Positions 31,909-45,425 of a stretch of DNA of 64,000 nucleotides are shown here, piece after piece (position 1 is the stretch's first letter; each line of letters opens with the position of its first letter). The position numbers were made by a program, and so were the translations under genes. The stretch is from assembly GCA_040954595.2 (NCBI GenBank), contig JBECUI020000030.1:281261-345260 (forward strand), read 5' to 3'. Origin of the DNA: Balanoglossus misakiensis (lineage: Eukaryota > Animalia > Hemichordata). The notes under the pieces were generated by a model, which was given only the letters and a program-made list of their open reading frames with translations, made no database searches and was not told the DNA's origin.

Positions 31909-34900
31909 TTAGAATCGCAGGCGATATCCAATGGTAAACTCTAGCCGGTACTGGTCGGTAGCAGCTCCCATGGTATTCAGTGCATTTCTATTTCGTCTGC
32001 CGTTGCTCCGTCAAACAGTCTTCCTCTTAACTGAAAATAAATCATGTTTTCCGGGGTAAGCAGGGGAGACGCGATCAAAGTAATAAGCGATATAAGCCGA
32101 CCACTGCCAAGGAATGGTATAACCAAATTCATTATGCCAGTCTTCCGGTCCCCAAACGTTCCAGTCTACGGAGGTTTTTAATACAACTTGGTATACCTGA
32201 TAGGTCAGCGCGGCAGTTGCGGAATACTGTGGCTCTATGCCGTTTTTCTTACTGTTCTGATTTCTTGCAAAAAGAGTGGTTAACAGAATACGTTGCCTGG
32301 GTGCAAATTGGACACCAATTCCGCTTTCAGCGAAAAGAGATTGTACGCTGCTGCAAGTCCTTCGGGCCATGCATACCAGAAGTTTCGACCTGGATTAGCT
32401 GGGTCCGGATCACCTGAAAGAAATTCCATTTGATCGGTTTGACCAAGCATAAAGGTGTAGAGTAATCCCGATAGAAGCCGCCAAACCATCTTGTTCTCTG
32501 TCATCCCTATTCCAGTTAAAGAAATACGTAGCACCTGTTTCATCGTAGGCAAAAAGAACTTCTGCCTGTAATGCTTCGCGGTTGTTGCCATTTACATAGT
32601 AGGGCACATCGCCTATGACGCCACGATTATTGGTAGACAGAGGCCCAAGCACGGGGGTACGCCAGAGGGCGGCTGATGATACCCGAAAGTTTCCCCAAAT
32701 TACATCCAATCCGGTGCGTAATTCATGTTTGTTGCTTGCCCCCGTTCTACTTATTTGACTCCCAGTATGTACCATCTGTCCCCGCGATTCGGCAAGCGGA
32801 CCAGTGTAGCCGTATTCCGTCCAAAATGTAAAAAGCGGATTCGTATCAATATCAAAGGTAATTCGTCCGAGACCAGCAAATGTATCGACGGCAGTCATTG
32901 TACGAATATAATTATCATTTTATATTCCCAACCCGAGGTGTATGCACCTACTTCGGTCTTGAGCCGAATGAGATTACCGAAAAGGGGCGATTGATATGCC
33001 AGATAGAGGGAACCGCTATGTCCCGGTTTGCCACGATCAGTCCCTTTGAATTTCTTTGCAAACTCACCCTCGTAGATTGCTCCAAGGGAGATACTGCCGG
33101 CATTGCTTATGTCAATTTGTCGGTAGTACTTCGCAAGAAGTGATGGACGACTGCCGTAAAAGACTTCAGGACCACCGTAGATCGTTAATCCTTCCAGGAC
33201 CGAGTGGAAGGTAATTTCGGCGCCAAAGGGAGCCTTTGAGCCATTTATATCCATGGTATCCTTGTCAAAAGATTCCGGCAGGATACCGAAGACATCCCCA
33301 TCAGCCACCCAGTCGGAATGTCCCGGCAAGCGGTAGCCATCATGATAAAATCCTTCAAAGTCAAGCAACCAACTTTGAACAAGGAATGATGCACTGTACA
33401 ACTCAGGCACCAGTTTATAATTGCTGGCAACATCATGAACCGGGGCATCTTTAATAGCCTGGTATGGGTATGAATCAAAGAAACAGCATCCATCGCTTCA
33501 TACTGGAGACGGAGATCAAAACGTCCATGGAACCAGGTTGCTGGTTTTAGATCAGCAACAAGAGAAACACCTTGTTCCCAAGATATCGGATAATCAGTTC
33601 CGGCCGTGTGCACACGTATACCACCCCAAAGGTGGAACTGCGGTTGGAACCAACTATTTCGTAAGGGCTGTTGGGCAATGCTATCATTGGCGATAGCAAG
33701 AGATTCACCGATGGAAACATTATTAAAATGTTCCACTACTTCCTGGTCTGACAACTCATATAAGTCCCTTTGACCATATATCTTGCAGGAGATAGTATGC
33801 AGAACGGGGAAGACGACGATTTAATTTCTTTATCGCGTATTGTACTCTGTGCAACAATACCAAACCATTCTTCGTTCATATTATTGGGACTATGCGGTTC
33901 GTACATAAAATCGTACCAATACCCACCGTTTGACCATGAACCCTCCGTATTATGCACATCGAATTCATCTTCCAGACCGCGCTTCCACCATTCATCAATC
34001 CATTCAAAGACAAATCCACCAACACTATTTCTACTACCGCCCTTTCCATAGCCCTCTTCAAAAAGCTCCTGCCATTGATGTTTCAGGAATACGGATTGAT
34101 TGTATTGGTCTTCTTGATTCGTTTTCGCATTAAATGCATCTGCACCAAACTCAGAGTAGAGGACAGGCATATTCAGTAACTCTGCAATACGCGAAAAATA
34201 GGGTGATGAATATGGGTCGCCGGCTACATAGGCACGTTTGCCCGATAGATATTGGTAGCAAGAAAATCCATATCCTGTAGGTATTTTGCTATCAGTTCTA
34301 TGTATTGTATATCACCATTGACAATGCCTACAGGAATCTTTGTTATGTTTTGTATTTCGCGCACGGCTTCGCCGTAGAGACTGTACAAGTATTCTGCCTT
34401 TGCAAGTGCTTGTTCACCGACGGGCAGGTTTTCAATTTCATTGCTTGCCCATTCCAAACCGTAGTTATTTTCATTTCCAAGCATGAATAGAAGAACACCG
34501 GGAACATTCTTATATTCTTCCGTAATTCGGATAGTTTCTGCCAGAATAGTTTCGCGAGTTCGAGGCATAGAATAGTCGGTCCTCGGATACCACTTCCCGT
34601 CGACACTAATTCCGTATCTTCCAAATGTATAGTTTACAACTGTATAGATACCGTATGTTTCGTATATGTACTGTACCCATCGCGGTGGGATCATTGAAAA
34701 ACAACGAATGACCTTGGCTCCCATCTCTTGAAGCAGCACAAAATCGGTATCAAGCATGCGCTGAATAAAGTCATCCGGCTGACCCCAGAGGTTGTACGTA
34801 TAGTTTTCTCCTATAGGGGTAAAGGCATAGACAATGCCGTAAATAGGCATAGGGGTATCATCAACAAACAGCCGCCAGCCTTGTTCGTCTTGCTGAAATT

Positions 34901-34973
34901 CTATTGTTTCTGCTTGAACAGACTGAAAGCATATTAAAAATACAGTAAGTAAAATAGTAAAAAACGGTTTCAT
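31909..34973 (-). CDS. Secreted clan GH-A TIM-barrel glycosidase (GH2_C/GH158-like) fused to a C-terminal predicted outer-membrane beta-barrel (about 1020 aa, frameshifted)
   Basis: Signal peptide; LGNENNY acid/base; SEFGADA nucleophile; GGFVFEWIDEWWK; NEEWFG. Then about 600 aa of amphipathic strands ending ...EFTIGYRLRF* at 31909. Confidence 0.72.
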
Positions 34974-35081
34974 TATAAGGAACTTCCTTGCTATTAAATG
35001 TGTTAAAACTTTGCTTAAAATTATAAACCTAAGAAATTATATATTTAATTACAAAAACATGCAATAATTTTTACAATATGC

Positions 35082-35110
35082 TTGACATATTTAAGCACGG
35101 GTACTATACT
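35082..35110 (+). promoter_or_regulatory. Sigma70 promoter for CBM lipoprotein gene
   Basis: TTGACA-17nt-TATACT, about 150 nt before the AGGAGG/ATG at 35268. Confidence 0.65.
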
Positions 35111-35267
35111 GTAGGCACTGAATATGGTTTTGCAATATGCGGGGATCATACATAGTTAAGAATTATTGCTTATGAATGAAGAAAAAGTGTACGATTATGT
35201 AGTAAATAAGTGCCCGATTCAGTTGTGGAACCATTGGGCTGGAAAAAAAAATACAGGAGGAACAATA

Positions 35268-38222
35268 ATGAGAAAAAATACCGTTATTGTCGTTTTAATA
35301 GTACTATTAAGCGTAGTGTTTATTGGAGGGTGTGGTTCTAGCGGAACTACTACAAATGTCGTAGTAAACGATCTTGTTTTCAAGGATGGGCTTACTAATG
35401 CAACGATAGGCGCATTTGGTCAGCCGGCAGGATTTACAGTAGATGAAAATGCCGCGGGACAGGGGAGATTTGGTAGCACTGCGATAAAATTTTCTTGGGC
35501 CGAGCTTGCTGCCGAGCAATGGAACGGTGTTGGGATTATGTTGGATCGTGCCTACGATTTTAGTAATTACAATGCATTAACGTTTTGGGCAAAGTCGGCA
35601 CTCGAGAAGAAGTGTGGGTAGACGAAATCGGCATTGGTGGTTTTGTAACCCCAAGTCCGGTGTACTTTACGAAAATACGTTCTTCTAACGTTTCTCAACA
35701 AGAATTAGACGCAAACGCCACCAATAGAATTGGTACAACTTGGAAGAATATATTATCCCATTTTTAATAGCTCGGTATTGAAGTCGGTAACGACGGCTCT
35801 CTACGTATCAACCGGACACGATGCTGCTAAAACCAACCCCGAAATTTATATTGATGACATTAGATTTGAAAATATTACCTATCCTTTCCCCGAACGCATT
35901 AGTTATACTTCGGTGATAAGCGGAATTGAATTAGCAAAGGGGCAGTCGTCATTAGGCCTCCCCGGTGGGGTTGGTCAAAATACCGCGGAGCCGACAAGTT
36001 TGAATGGAATAGATATGATTTTAAAGATAGTGCTATGACTATGTCCAAGATTACCGATTATGGTGGGCAGCAGGTTGCATGGGAAGTTGCTGATACCGGT
36101 GTTGCCGATACGGTAACTGAACTGGACACGAGCGGTAATCTTAATACATACCTGAAAGGCGTTGACACCGGTGCGACAACAGCACGAGCAAGACTGGATT
36201 ATGTCAGTGCCGACTATTTTGCTGCCGACATACCGATAACGGTAACTGCTCTTGATACCGACTCGAAGTACTATCTCTACGGCGAAACAGGCAATGAAAT
36301 AGACTTTGTCGGAACATTTGTTCAAAGCCAAGTAGCAGACAGTGCTACTGCAACGGAGAAGACAAATGATGCCGATGGTGCTGTATATTACGAATTGACT
36401 GCTAATGCGGACGCTGCCACAGGGTGGTTGGGGAATCTGCTATAAATGTTAACCTCAGTGTTCAGAATGGGTTTACTCATTTCGTGTTTTCGGTAAAGAC
36501 AACCGATGCGGCAACAGCTGCAATGACGTTTAGATTTGAAGATGTCAATGGTGCATCGAGCGATGTTGAGATTCCTCTTACAACTGATTGGGTAACACAA
36601 CAAATACCACTCGTTGATCTTGTTGGGCTTGATTTGACTAAACTGCGGAATTTCCTGTACGTCTTACCGATCGGAGCTGTTGTTCATGTTGATGAATTAC
36701 GAGCAGAGTTGGTAATTGTTGCTCCTGTTACCGATACGGATCAAAAATACTACATCTACGGAGATGATGGTGTAGCCGAAATTGACTTGGTAAACGAATC
36801 TTTTTTGGAGGGTTTGAGGGTACCATGACCGCTACTGAGTTGGAAACTGGTGGCGTTAATGACGGTGCATACTACCAGTTAGTAGGTACAAACAGTAATG
36901 GTGTTTGGGCAGCAGGCGGTTGGCAGGTTTATTCGCTCGCTGGTTCCTTGCTCGACCTCAGTGCCTATACGCACGTCGTATTCTCGGCAAAGGCTCCGAC
37001 TGCAACAAGTATAAAGGTGAAACTGGAAGACAGCAATGGCAAATTCAATGAGGTTCAGTTACCGGAATTACAAGCGATTGGCAAGAATATACTGTACAGC
37101 TTTCAGAATTTACAGCTGTTGGTGTTGATGTTGATCTGACCACTGTTAGTGCCCCATTTCTCTATGTACTGAGCGGATTAACGGATGAAGTTCATATTGA
37201 TGAGATCAGGTTTGAGACAAGAGAAGTAACACCTCCAGTAGACCCCTTGGGTACGGACGGGAAGTACTATGTCTATAGTGGTACGAACAGCCTTGCTGAG
37301 GTGAAGTACCTGGAACAGATTTTAAACGCTGGCTTTGATGGAACCGTAACTGCTACCGAAGAGGTAGCAGGTGGGTTTAATGATGATGGCGAGTACTACA
37401 AGCTAGTTGGTACCGCAACATTAGATTACGCAGTTGGTGGTTGGAAGTTAAGTGCCGGCACGATAGATTTGAGCACTCTTACACATATTGTGTTTGCAGT
37501 AAAGGCTCCGACAGCGACAACTATGAGGGTGAAACTGGAAGACGCCGCTGGCGGGAACGCTGAGATTGAAGTAACCGAAATTACAGCTGATTGGCAAGAA
37601 AAAACAATACTGCTTACAGATTTTGCAGCTGTTGATCTGACTCAGGTAGCGGCTCCATTCCTCTATGTACTGTCCGGAACAAGTGATGAAATTCATATTG
37701 ATGAGGTCAGAGTTGAGACAAGAGAAGTAGCAGACCCCTTTGGTACGGACGGGAAGTACTATGTCTATAGTGGTACAAACAGTGCTACTGAGGTTGAAGT
37801 ACCTGCAGCGCATTTGTTCGGCGGATTCGAAGGAACCATAACTGCTACCGAAGAGGCAGCAGGTGGGTTTAATGATAATGGCGAGTACTACAAGCTAGTT
37901 GGTACAGACGTTAATGGTGTTTGGGCAGCTGGTGGTTGGAAGGATGTTGCCGGCACTGTAGATTTGAGTAGCCTTACAAACGTTGTGTTTGCAGTAAAAG
38001 CTCCAACAGCGACAACTATGAAGGTGAAACTGGAAGACGGCAAGACCCCGGTAGGAGCCAATGAGATTGAAGTAACCGAAATTACAACTGATTGGCAGGA
38101 AAAAACAATACCGCTTGCAGATTTCGCAGCTGTTGATCTGACTAAGGTAGCGGCTCCATTCCTCTACGTACTGTCTGGACTGACTGATGAAATTCATATT
38201 GATGAAAATTAGAATTGAGTAA
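35268..38222 (+). CDS. Large lipoprotein with tandem carbohydrate-binding beta-sandwich modules (CBM11/CIA30-like), frameshifted
   Basis: FIGG-C lipobox. Modules start KYY(L/I/V)Y and contain DLS..T..VF.VK, KLED, IT.DWQE..I.L.DF, IHIDE. An Ig-like segment lies between the first modules. Confidence 0.7.
37241..38212 (+). repeat. Tandem about 490-bp module duplication within the CBM lipoprotein
   Basis: GACCCCTT(G/T)GGTACGGACGGGAAGTACTATGTCTATAGTGGTAC at 37241 and 37733, with extended similarity downstream. Confidence 0.8.
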
Positions 38223-38243
38223 GTCTATTATTTAGTATTTGAT

Positions 38244-38274
38244 AAGGGATATGGCTATGCCATATCCCTTTTTT
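38244..38274 (+). terminator. Rho-independent terminator
   Basis: AAGGGATATGGC-TAT-GCCATATCCCTT-TTTT. Confidence 0.8.
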
Positions 38275-38296
38275 ATGATATACTAAAGTAGTTGCT

Positions 38297-39206
38297 ATGA
38301 CTTATAAAGTTCTTTGTGTATTATGTCTTGTATTTATTTTATTATCGTGTACAGAAAATGTTGATATGCCGCGGATTGTTTCTGATAATTCAAATCAGCC
38401 AGTTCCCAACTTGAATGATGCTACAGTCAATTTCCAAGCCATAGGCTGGTCTTTCAAGATGAATTTGTTGGGACTACCCTTAACAACAATGTATGGCATT
38501 ACGATACACAAGGTAATGAACATGGCTGGGGCAACAACGAAATTCAGACATATCAAAACGGCACGAATGCACGTGTTCAGAATGGTGCGCTTGTTATTGA
38601 GGTAACGAGAGAGGCAGACTTGTATAAGTCTGCACGACTTCATACACATGGCATTGAGCCTTTTCAGTATGGTATTATTGAAGCTTCTCTTATGGCACCG
38701 GCAAATGACGATACCGGTATAGCCGACAAAGGAACATGGGCTGCTTTCTGGATGCTTGGGATAATTTTAACGGCTGGGGACACGATAGCTACGGCGGAAA
38801 TACAGGCTGGCCACGTTCCGGCGAGATTGATATTATGGAGTGAGTGGCAGACTCGGCTTAACAAAAAATTTAGGCACAATGCATTGGCAGCACCCCGATG
38901 ATTCAAATAATCATGGTGCCGGGCATTACGTATAAAGGTGGCGAGCTTCTCGTTCACACTGCAGCAAGTGCATATCATGTGTATGCTATTCGTTGGAATA
39001 AAGACGTGATAGTATTTTATGTAGATGGGCATGAGTACTATAGTAAAGACATTAGCTCTGCGGAATTTGATGAGTTTCGTAAACCATTTTTTCTGTTGCT
39101 CAACGTTGCGGTCGGAGGAACACTGGGAGAGACTCCGGATCCGAGGAATTATCCACAGCGCATGTATGTAGATTGGGTGCGGGTGTATCAAGAAACAGAT
39201 GGATAA
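38297..39206 (+). CDS. GH16 beta-1,3-glucanase (laminarinase-like) lipoprotein, frameshifted
   Basis: LLS-C lipobox, YKSARL, WAAFWMLG, GWPRSGEIDIME (DNA about 38805-38840), FFLLLNVAVGG, VDWVRVYQ. Confidence 0.82.
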
Positions 39207-39223
39207 GTAGATATGAAGCGAAT

Positions 39224-40124
39224 ATGATTAAAAGCATTATACGGCAGCGGTGGTTATACTTTATGTTGTTACCGGGTGTGGTTTGGATGTTTATCTTTAA
39301 CTATATTCCCATGTACGGCATTATTATTGCATTTAAGGACTTTACGGTTCTTGATACCTTTGCTTCCGCCCCGTGGGTTGGCTGGGAACATTTTCAAGCA
39401 TTCTTCGCAGATGAAAAATTCTTTCTGGTCATGAAGAATACAATTGCAATTAGTGTGTTTAAGCTGGTATTTGGCTTCCCTCTGCCGAATATGCTTGCCA
39501 TTATGCTTAATGAAATATATCATACACGCTTCAAAAGATTTGTTCAAACGGTTTCCTACCTTCCGCACTTTTTTTCCTGGGTTATCCTCGGCGGTATTAT
39601 GCTTACGTGGCTATCGGAGTCGGGTATTGTGAACGAAGTGTTTATGAAATGGGGCTGGCTCGATGCCCCTCGTGCATATATGACTGAACCCGATTTATTC
39701 TGGGGCATAGCTGTAATCTCTGATATCTGGAAAGAACTAGGCTGGAATGCCATTATTTATTTGGCAGCGATATCAGGAAATACCACCGAGCCTGTACGAG
39801 GCAGCAAAAATTGACGGTGCAAGCAGAATGCAGCGTATATGGCATATTACCTTGCCGTCCATTGCTGGTATTACGATAATATTGCTTATTTTGTCTGTTA
39901 GTAGTATACTGAATACTAATTTTGATCAGATGTTAATGCTACAAAACCCTTTGAATGTATCATCAAGTGAAGTTATTGATACCCTGGTGTACAAGCTGGG
40001 TATAAGAACCGGTCGATTTTCGTATGCGACAGCAGTTGGGCTTTTTAAGTCGGTGGCGGCAATGATCTTATTGGTAACTGCTAATCTGGCAACAAAAAAT
40101 TTAGGTAATCGAAGTTTGTTTTAG
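39224..40124 (+). CDS. Oligosaccharide ABC permease (LplB-like), frameshifted
   Basis: YIPMYG, SYLPHF, WKELGW, LYEAAKIDGA, SYATAVGLFKS. Confidence 0.85.
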
Positions 40125-40129
40125 TGTAG

Positions 40130-41012
40130 GAAGAAATGAAGATAGTAAAGGCGAGCGTTTATTTGATTGTATCAACTACAGCATAATGGTTTTGTTATGC
40201 TTTGTTATACTGTACCCGATATGGTATGTCTTGATACTGTCCTTTAATGAGGGTACTGATGCGGCAAGAGGTGGAATTTATTTTCTTCCGCGTACATTTA
40301 CCCTAGAAAATTTTTATGTCGTTCTACAAAACGCCGGCATTCTTCAGTCTTTTGCTGTAACAATTCTTCGCACCGGCCTGGGAGTAGTAACCCATGTATT
40401 TTTTACAGCTATGGTTGCCTACAGCCTTTCAAACGTTATTTGAAGGGGAGAAAAGTTTTTATCGTAATAGGTGTTATTACCATGTTTTTTAACGGTGGGC
40501 TTATTCCAAATTTCTTGCTTATCCGCAATCTAGGATTGTTTGATAACTTTTTGGTTTATATTCTGCCGACGATGTTTAGCTTTTTTGATTTAATAATATT
40601 TCAAGCATTTTTAGGGAACTCCCCAGCGGACTGGAAGAGGCGGCTCATATAGATGGTGCAAACGAGTGGTATATTTTTCTTTTTGTTGTGCTTCCGCTCT
40701 CCACACCTGTTCTTGCAACGATTGCATTGTTTAACGGCGTCTTTCACTGGAATGACTATTTTACAGGCATTATTTATATTAATCGAAAACGAGTTGCAAC
40801 CGATACAAACCTTTTTATTCAAGGTTATTGCACAGAATGCTTCGTCCCAAATGTTGGCAAATACAGGGGGTGCTGCTGTTATGCGCAGCACAACTTCAAA
40901 GTCTATAGAACTAGCGACAATGGTCTTAACGGTTTTCCCGATTGTTTGCGTTTACCCATTCTTACAAAAATATTTTGTACGGGGTATGCTTATTGGTGCA
41001 GTAAAAGGATAA
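40130..41012 (+). CDS. Oligosaccharide ABC permease (LplC-like), frameshifted; start uncertain
   Basis: TMFFNGGLIP, HWNDYF, VYPFLQKYFVRGMLIGAVKG. Confidence 0.8.
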
Positions 41013-41045
41013 CTTTGCATAAAGGCAAAGTATACAGGAGGAATT

Positions 41046-42684
41046 ATGAAAAAAAATATATTACAGAAATGTGCTGTGATAGTACTGTTCACGTTGTTAT
41101 TAATGGGAGCAGGAACAGCTGAACAGGAAAGTGGCGGTGTACTGCCCCCTGCTCAGGTTACGATTGATCCGGCGAGCCCCGGCTGGGAGCAAGATACGCG
41201 TCCGGTTACCTTGGATTGGTATATTCACTTTCCGTGGTATACCGGCAACTGGGGACAGGATGAGGTTACCAAGTATATTACCGAGCTAACCGGCGTTGAT
41301 GTGAATTTCATTATTCCGGCTGGCAATCCTAATGATAAACTAAATACCCTCATTGCTTCCAATACCCTACCGGATATTATTACGCTTGGCTGGTATGAGG
41401 ATATTGCTATTACTTTGCAGGATCCCCGATTATCCTACAATTTAGAAGAATTGGCAGAAGCCTACGATCCGTATTTTTTTCAAGTGGCAAGTCAGGATAA
41501 ATTAAATTGGTATCGACAGGAAGATGGTGCGGTGTACGGATATCCCAATGCATCGTACACACTGGATGATTATAAAAATCCAGACAACATTTTTTCAAAT
41601 GAAACCTTTATGGTTCGTAAGGATTTGTACGAAGCACTTGGCAAACCAGACATGAGTGATCCTGATGTTTTTCTTGATACCTTAAAGCGTGCAAAAGAGT
41701 TGTTTCCGGAAGTCGACGGACAAGCGCTTATTCCTATCGGATTTCAGGAATTTAATGGTGGGCCTTCATCACTGCAGGTTTACTTGCAGAATTTTCTTGC
41801 CGTACCCAACAGTAAGGACGGTGCTACAGTATATGACCGCGACAATGACCCGGAGTATATTAAGTGGTTAAGAGTCTTACGTAGGGCAAATGAATTAAAT
41901 CTTATTACGAAAGATTTATTTTCAGATACACGACAACAGATTGAGGAAAAAAATTACTCAAGGCCGCTATTTGTTCTGTTGTATCCTTATATTGATGCAA
42001 TTTGGCCGCTTACGGCTCGGTATCAGGAAAATAAGGATAGCAGTTACATCCCTATAAGTGGGTCCTAAAAATTCCCAAGGTGATGAGCATCAGCTTGGCG
42101 GACCGGGCATATCCGGTTGGACAATTACATTGATTTCAAAAAAGAACCGTGATCCGGAGAAAACCATTCGCTTATTTACATTCCTTATTTCTGACAAGGG
42201 CATGGAAGTTGCGTTCCTCGGTAAACAAGGGGTCAGCTGGGATAACATTAGTGGCAAGGCGGCATTCTTGCCTGAGGTTGATGCAATGCGATCTGAGCAG
42301 CGGGCTGAATTTGATAAGAAATACGGGGCTGATTGGCTTTTGTGGATGTTTATGGATACAGCGTACCAATTTCCGCAAGTGGCCAATTCCTGCACCGGAG
42401 TCATACAATCTGCATAGAGAATGGACACGGGGTAAATCGGTACCACGCTTTGAGTTTTGAAAACATTCATCCCCCGGGCCCAACCGATCTTGGCAGCTCT
42501 TTGAACAAAATTAGTATTAAGTTTTGGAGAAATATTGCCGCAACTTATTCTTGCTGAAACGGAAGCCGAATTTGATGCTATATGGGATGACTTTCTTACA
42601 TATAGGACCAATAATGACTTTGATGCAATACAAAGTTATAGAACAGAAAAATATTTACTAAATAAACAACGATTGGGTTTATAA
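41046..42684 (+). CDS. Oligosaccharide ABC substrate-binding protein (LplA-like), frameshifted
   Basis: Family-1 SBP motifs (ELTGV, LIASNTLPDII, DGAVYGYP). Follows two permeases. Confidence 0.8.
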
Positions 42685-42691
42685 AGTATTG

Positions 42692-42726
42692 GCGGAAGTA
42701 GGGGATACTCTTACTTCCGCTTCTTT
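42692..42726 (+). terminator. Rho-independent terminator
   Basis: GCGGAAGTAGGG-loop-TCTTACTTCCGC-TTCTTT. Confidence 0.7.
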
Positions 42727-42790
42727 GTTGGTTTTTGTACAGTATTTCAAGATAATATGTGAGAACCATATATAAGTGAAGGAGAAACTT

Positions 42791-43910
42791 ATGAGAAAAA
42801 ATTTAATTGTAATTTTTGTGTTATGTGCTATTGTGGCAACGGCCTTTGGGGCTGCTACTCAAGAAGAAGCTGCGGAACCGACTGCTCAGGCAAGCGGGCC
42901 TGCCCCCTTGCTGGAAACAAGAGGTCCTGCGGGAAATTCACCTACTTCATACCAAGATGTGCAGCTTGCCGGTGAAGATGTTTCACAGGCACGGCAGAGA
43001 CAGCTAAAAATTGCAGTGCTCATGCATACTAGTGCAGACTTTACAAACTCTGTTATAGCTGGTGTACAAGATACAGCAGAACGTTTGAATGCAGAGGTAG
43101 TTTTGGTTGCTGATGCCGAATTTGATGCAAACAAGCAAAAAACCGATATAGAGAATGCATTGGTCTTAAATCCTGATATTATTATCACCCTTGTTCTTGA
43201 CCCCGTATCAGGTGCTGCAGCACTACGTCCTGCTATAGATAGGGGTGTTTCCATAGCATTGCTGAGCCTGCTTCCCGACGGCTTTGTGCACGGCAAGGAT
43301 TATGCTGCTATTGTAACAGACGATCTCTTTAATATGGGAAAATCCGTAGCAGAACTCATGAATGTGCAGCTTGGCGGAAGCGGCAAGGTCGGACTTATTT
43401 TTCATGATGCAAACTACTATGTTACCAACCAGCGGGATATTGCTGTAAAAACCGTGCTTAATCGCGATTACCCCAATATTGAGGTAGTTGTTGAACGTGG
43501 CATTGCCAATCCAGCAGAAGCAGAGGTTATTGCTTCTGCAATGTTAACCCAGTATCCTACATTTGAATGCAATCTATGCACCTTGGGATACGATAGCAGA
43601 AGGAGTACTGGCTGCCGCCCGGTCGCAGGGAAATAGGGATCTGAAGGTATACACCATGGACCTTGGTGGTGGAACTACCGCACTTGATATGGCACGAGGT
43701 GGGAACATGGGGGGCATTGTAGCCGATTTGCCCTACGAACTTGGGGTTACCCTTACCAATGTTGCAGTCTTGCATTTATTGGGCAAACCCACAGCACCAT
43801 TTGTTACTGTACCTGGCCATTAAGGTAACCAAAGACAATTTAGAAGCGGGCTGGAAGAATCACTGAATCGAGAACTTCCTGTAGAAGTTAAAAATGCATT
43901 AAGTCAGTAA
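42791..43910 (+). CDS. Monosaccharide ABC substrate-binding protein (RbsB-like), frameshifted
   Basis: Periplasmic binding protein type I features ([16 protein letters not shown]). Confidence 0.78.
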
Positions 43911-43924
43911 CACGGTTTTCATTT

Positions 43925-45411
43925 GTGCATAATCATAGGGAAATACTTGCTCTTCGAAATATATGGGTGAGTTTCAGTGGTGTAAATGTATTACGTAATG
44001 CAGAATTTTCACTGAGAAAAAAAGAGATCCATGCAATCGTCGGTAAGAACGGTGCTGGTAAATCTACGTTTATGAAGGTACTCACCGGGGTATATACACC
44101 GGATAAAGGGCAAGTATTGTTTCCGGTGAGCCTTCATTGGTAAAGACGCGGCGTAAGCGGGTGGCGATGGTCTATCAGGATCTCAGTTTAATTCCCAGTT
44201 TAAGCGTTATGCAGAATATTTTTCTGGTTTATAATCCCTATATAAAGTTTGGTTTTCTCCAGAATAAGCCTGCTTATGCACATGCTAAGAGGATACTGGA
44301 GCAGGTCGGGGCACCGGGCATAGCACCGGATCAATTAGTTGAAACACTCAGTGCCGGCGAGGCACAGTTGGTAGAAATTGCGAAGGCAATTGCATCAGAA
44401 CCGGAAATTATAGTATTTGACGAACCGACAGCTTCTCTGTCGGATGTTGAAAGCGCGAAATTAATTTGAAACAATAAACAAACTACAAGAACAGGGGCAG
44501 TCCATTATATACATTACTCATTACTTAGAGGATGTTATGAAGATCTGCGAGAGGGTAACTGTTTTGCGTAATGGTGAGGTCATTTCAACGAATGAGATTA
44601 ACAGACCACCATGAAATCAATAATTGACGATATGCTTGGCAGCCGATCTGGGCATGGAAGCAATACCACGTAAGCGACGTAGTCGACAAGCTGATGAAGA
44701 GCCGATGCTTGATATACGTGATGCGTATACGAAGAAGGTGGGACCAGTTACTTTGTCCGCCTATCCTGGTGAAATTATAGGCATAGCCGGATTACTGGGA
44801 AGCGGCCGAACCGAGATACTGCAAATGTTATATGGGCTGGATCCAATGCAATCCGGATCTATTCGTATTCAGGGGCAGGAGGTACAGATAAAAATACAGA
44901 AGATGCAGCTCGCTATGGCATCAGTCTTGTACCTGAAGAACGCCGAAAACAGGGGCTTGTATTAAATTTTGATATAAAAGAAAACATATCCCTTTTCAAT
45001 TTCCAGTCTATATTATCACGCGGATTTATTGATCGGCATAAACGAAGGAAGTTAGCTGAAACCATGATTGCGCAGCTTCAAATTAGTACTACCGGTCCCG
45101 ATCAGGTCGTACGTTACTTATCGGGTGGAAATCAGCAGAAGGTTGTGCTTGCAAAGTCTTTGGCAGGTACTCGAAAAATCTTGTTGCTCGATGATCCTAC
45201 CTTCGGGGTGGATATTCATGCAAAGATGGAAATTATGAAAATTATTAATGCATTTGCGGAAGCCGGCAATGTTGTACTTTTTATTTCGTCTGAGTTTAGC
45301 GAAGTTGTTGCATTCTGTGATCGAACATACATCGTAAAGAAAAAAAGAACTGTTCGTGAATTAGTAAATAAATCTTTGACGGAAGGGGAGTTGTTATGGC
45401 AGGTGCAATAA
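43925..45411 (+). CDS. Sugar ABC ATPase (RbsA-like), frameshifted
   Basis: [34 protein letters not shown]. Confidence 0.82.
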
Positions 45412-45425
45412 AGATAAGACAAATA

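Noticed and set aside
35111-35267. Riboswitch in the roughly 150-nt leader
   Set aside because: No recognisable aptamer consensus or terminator; an Rfam search is needed to exclude it fully.
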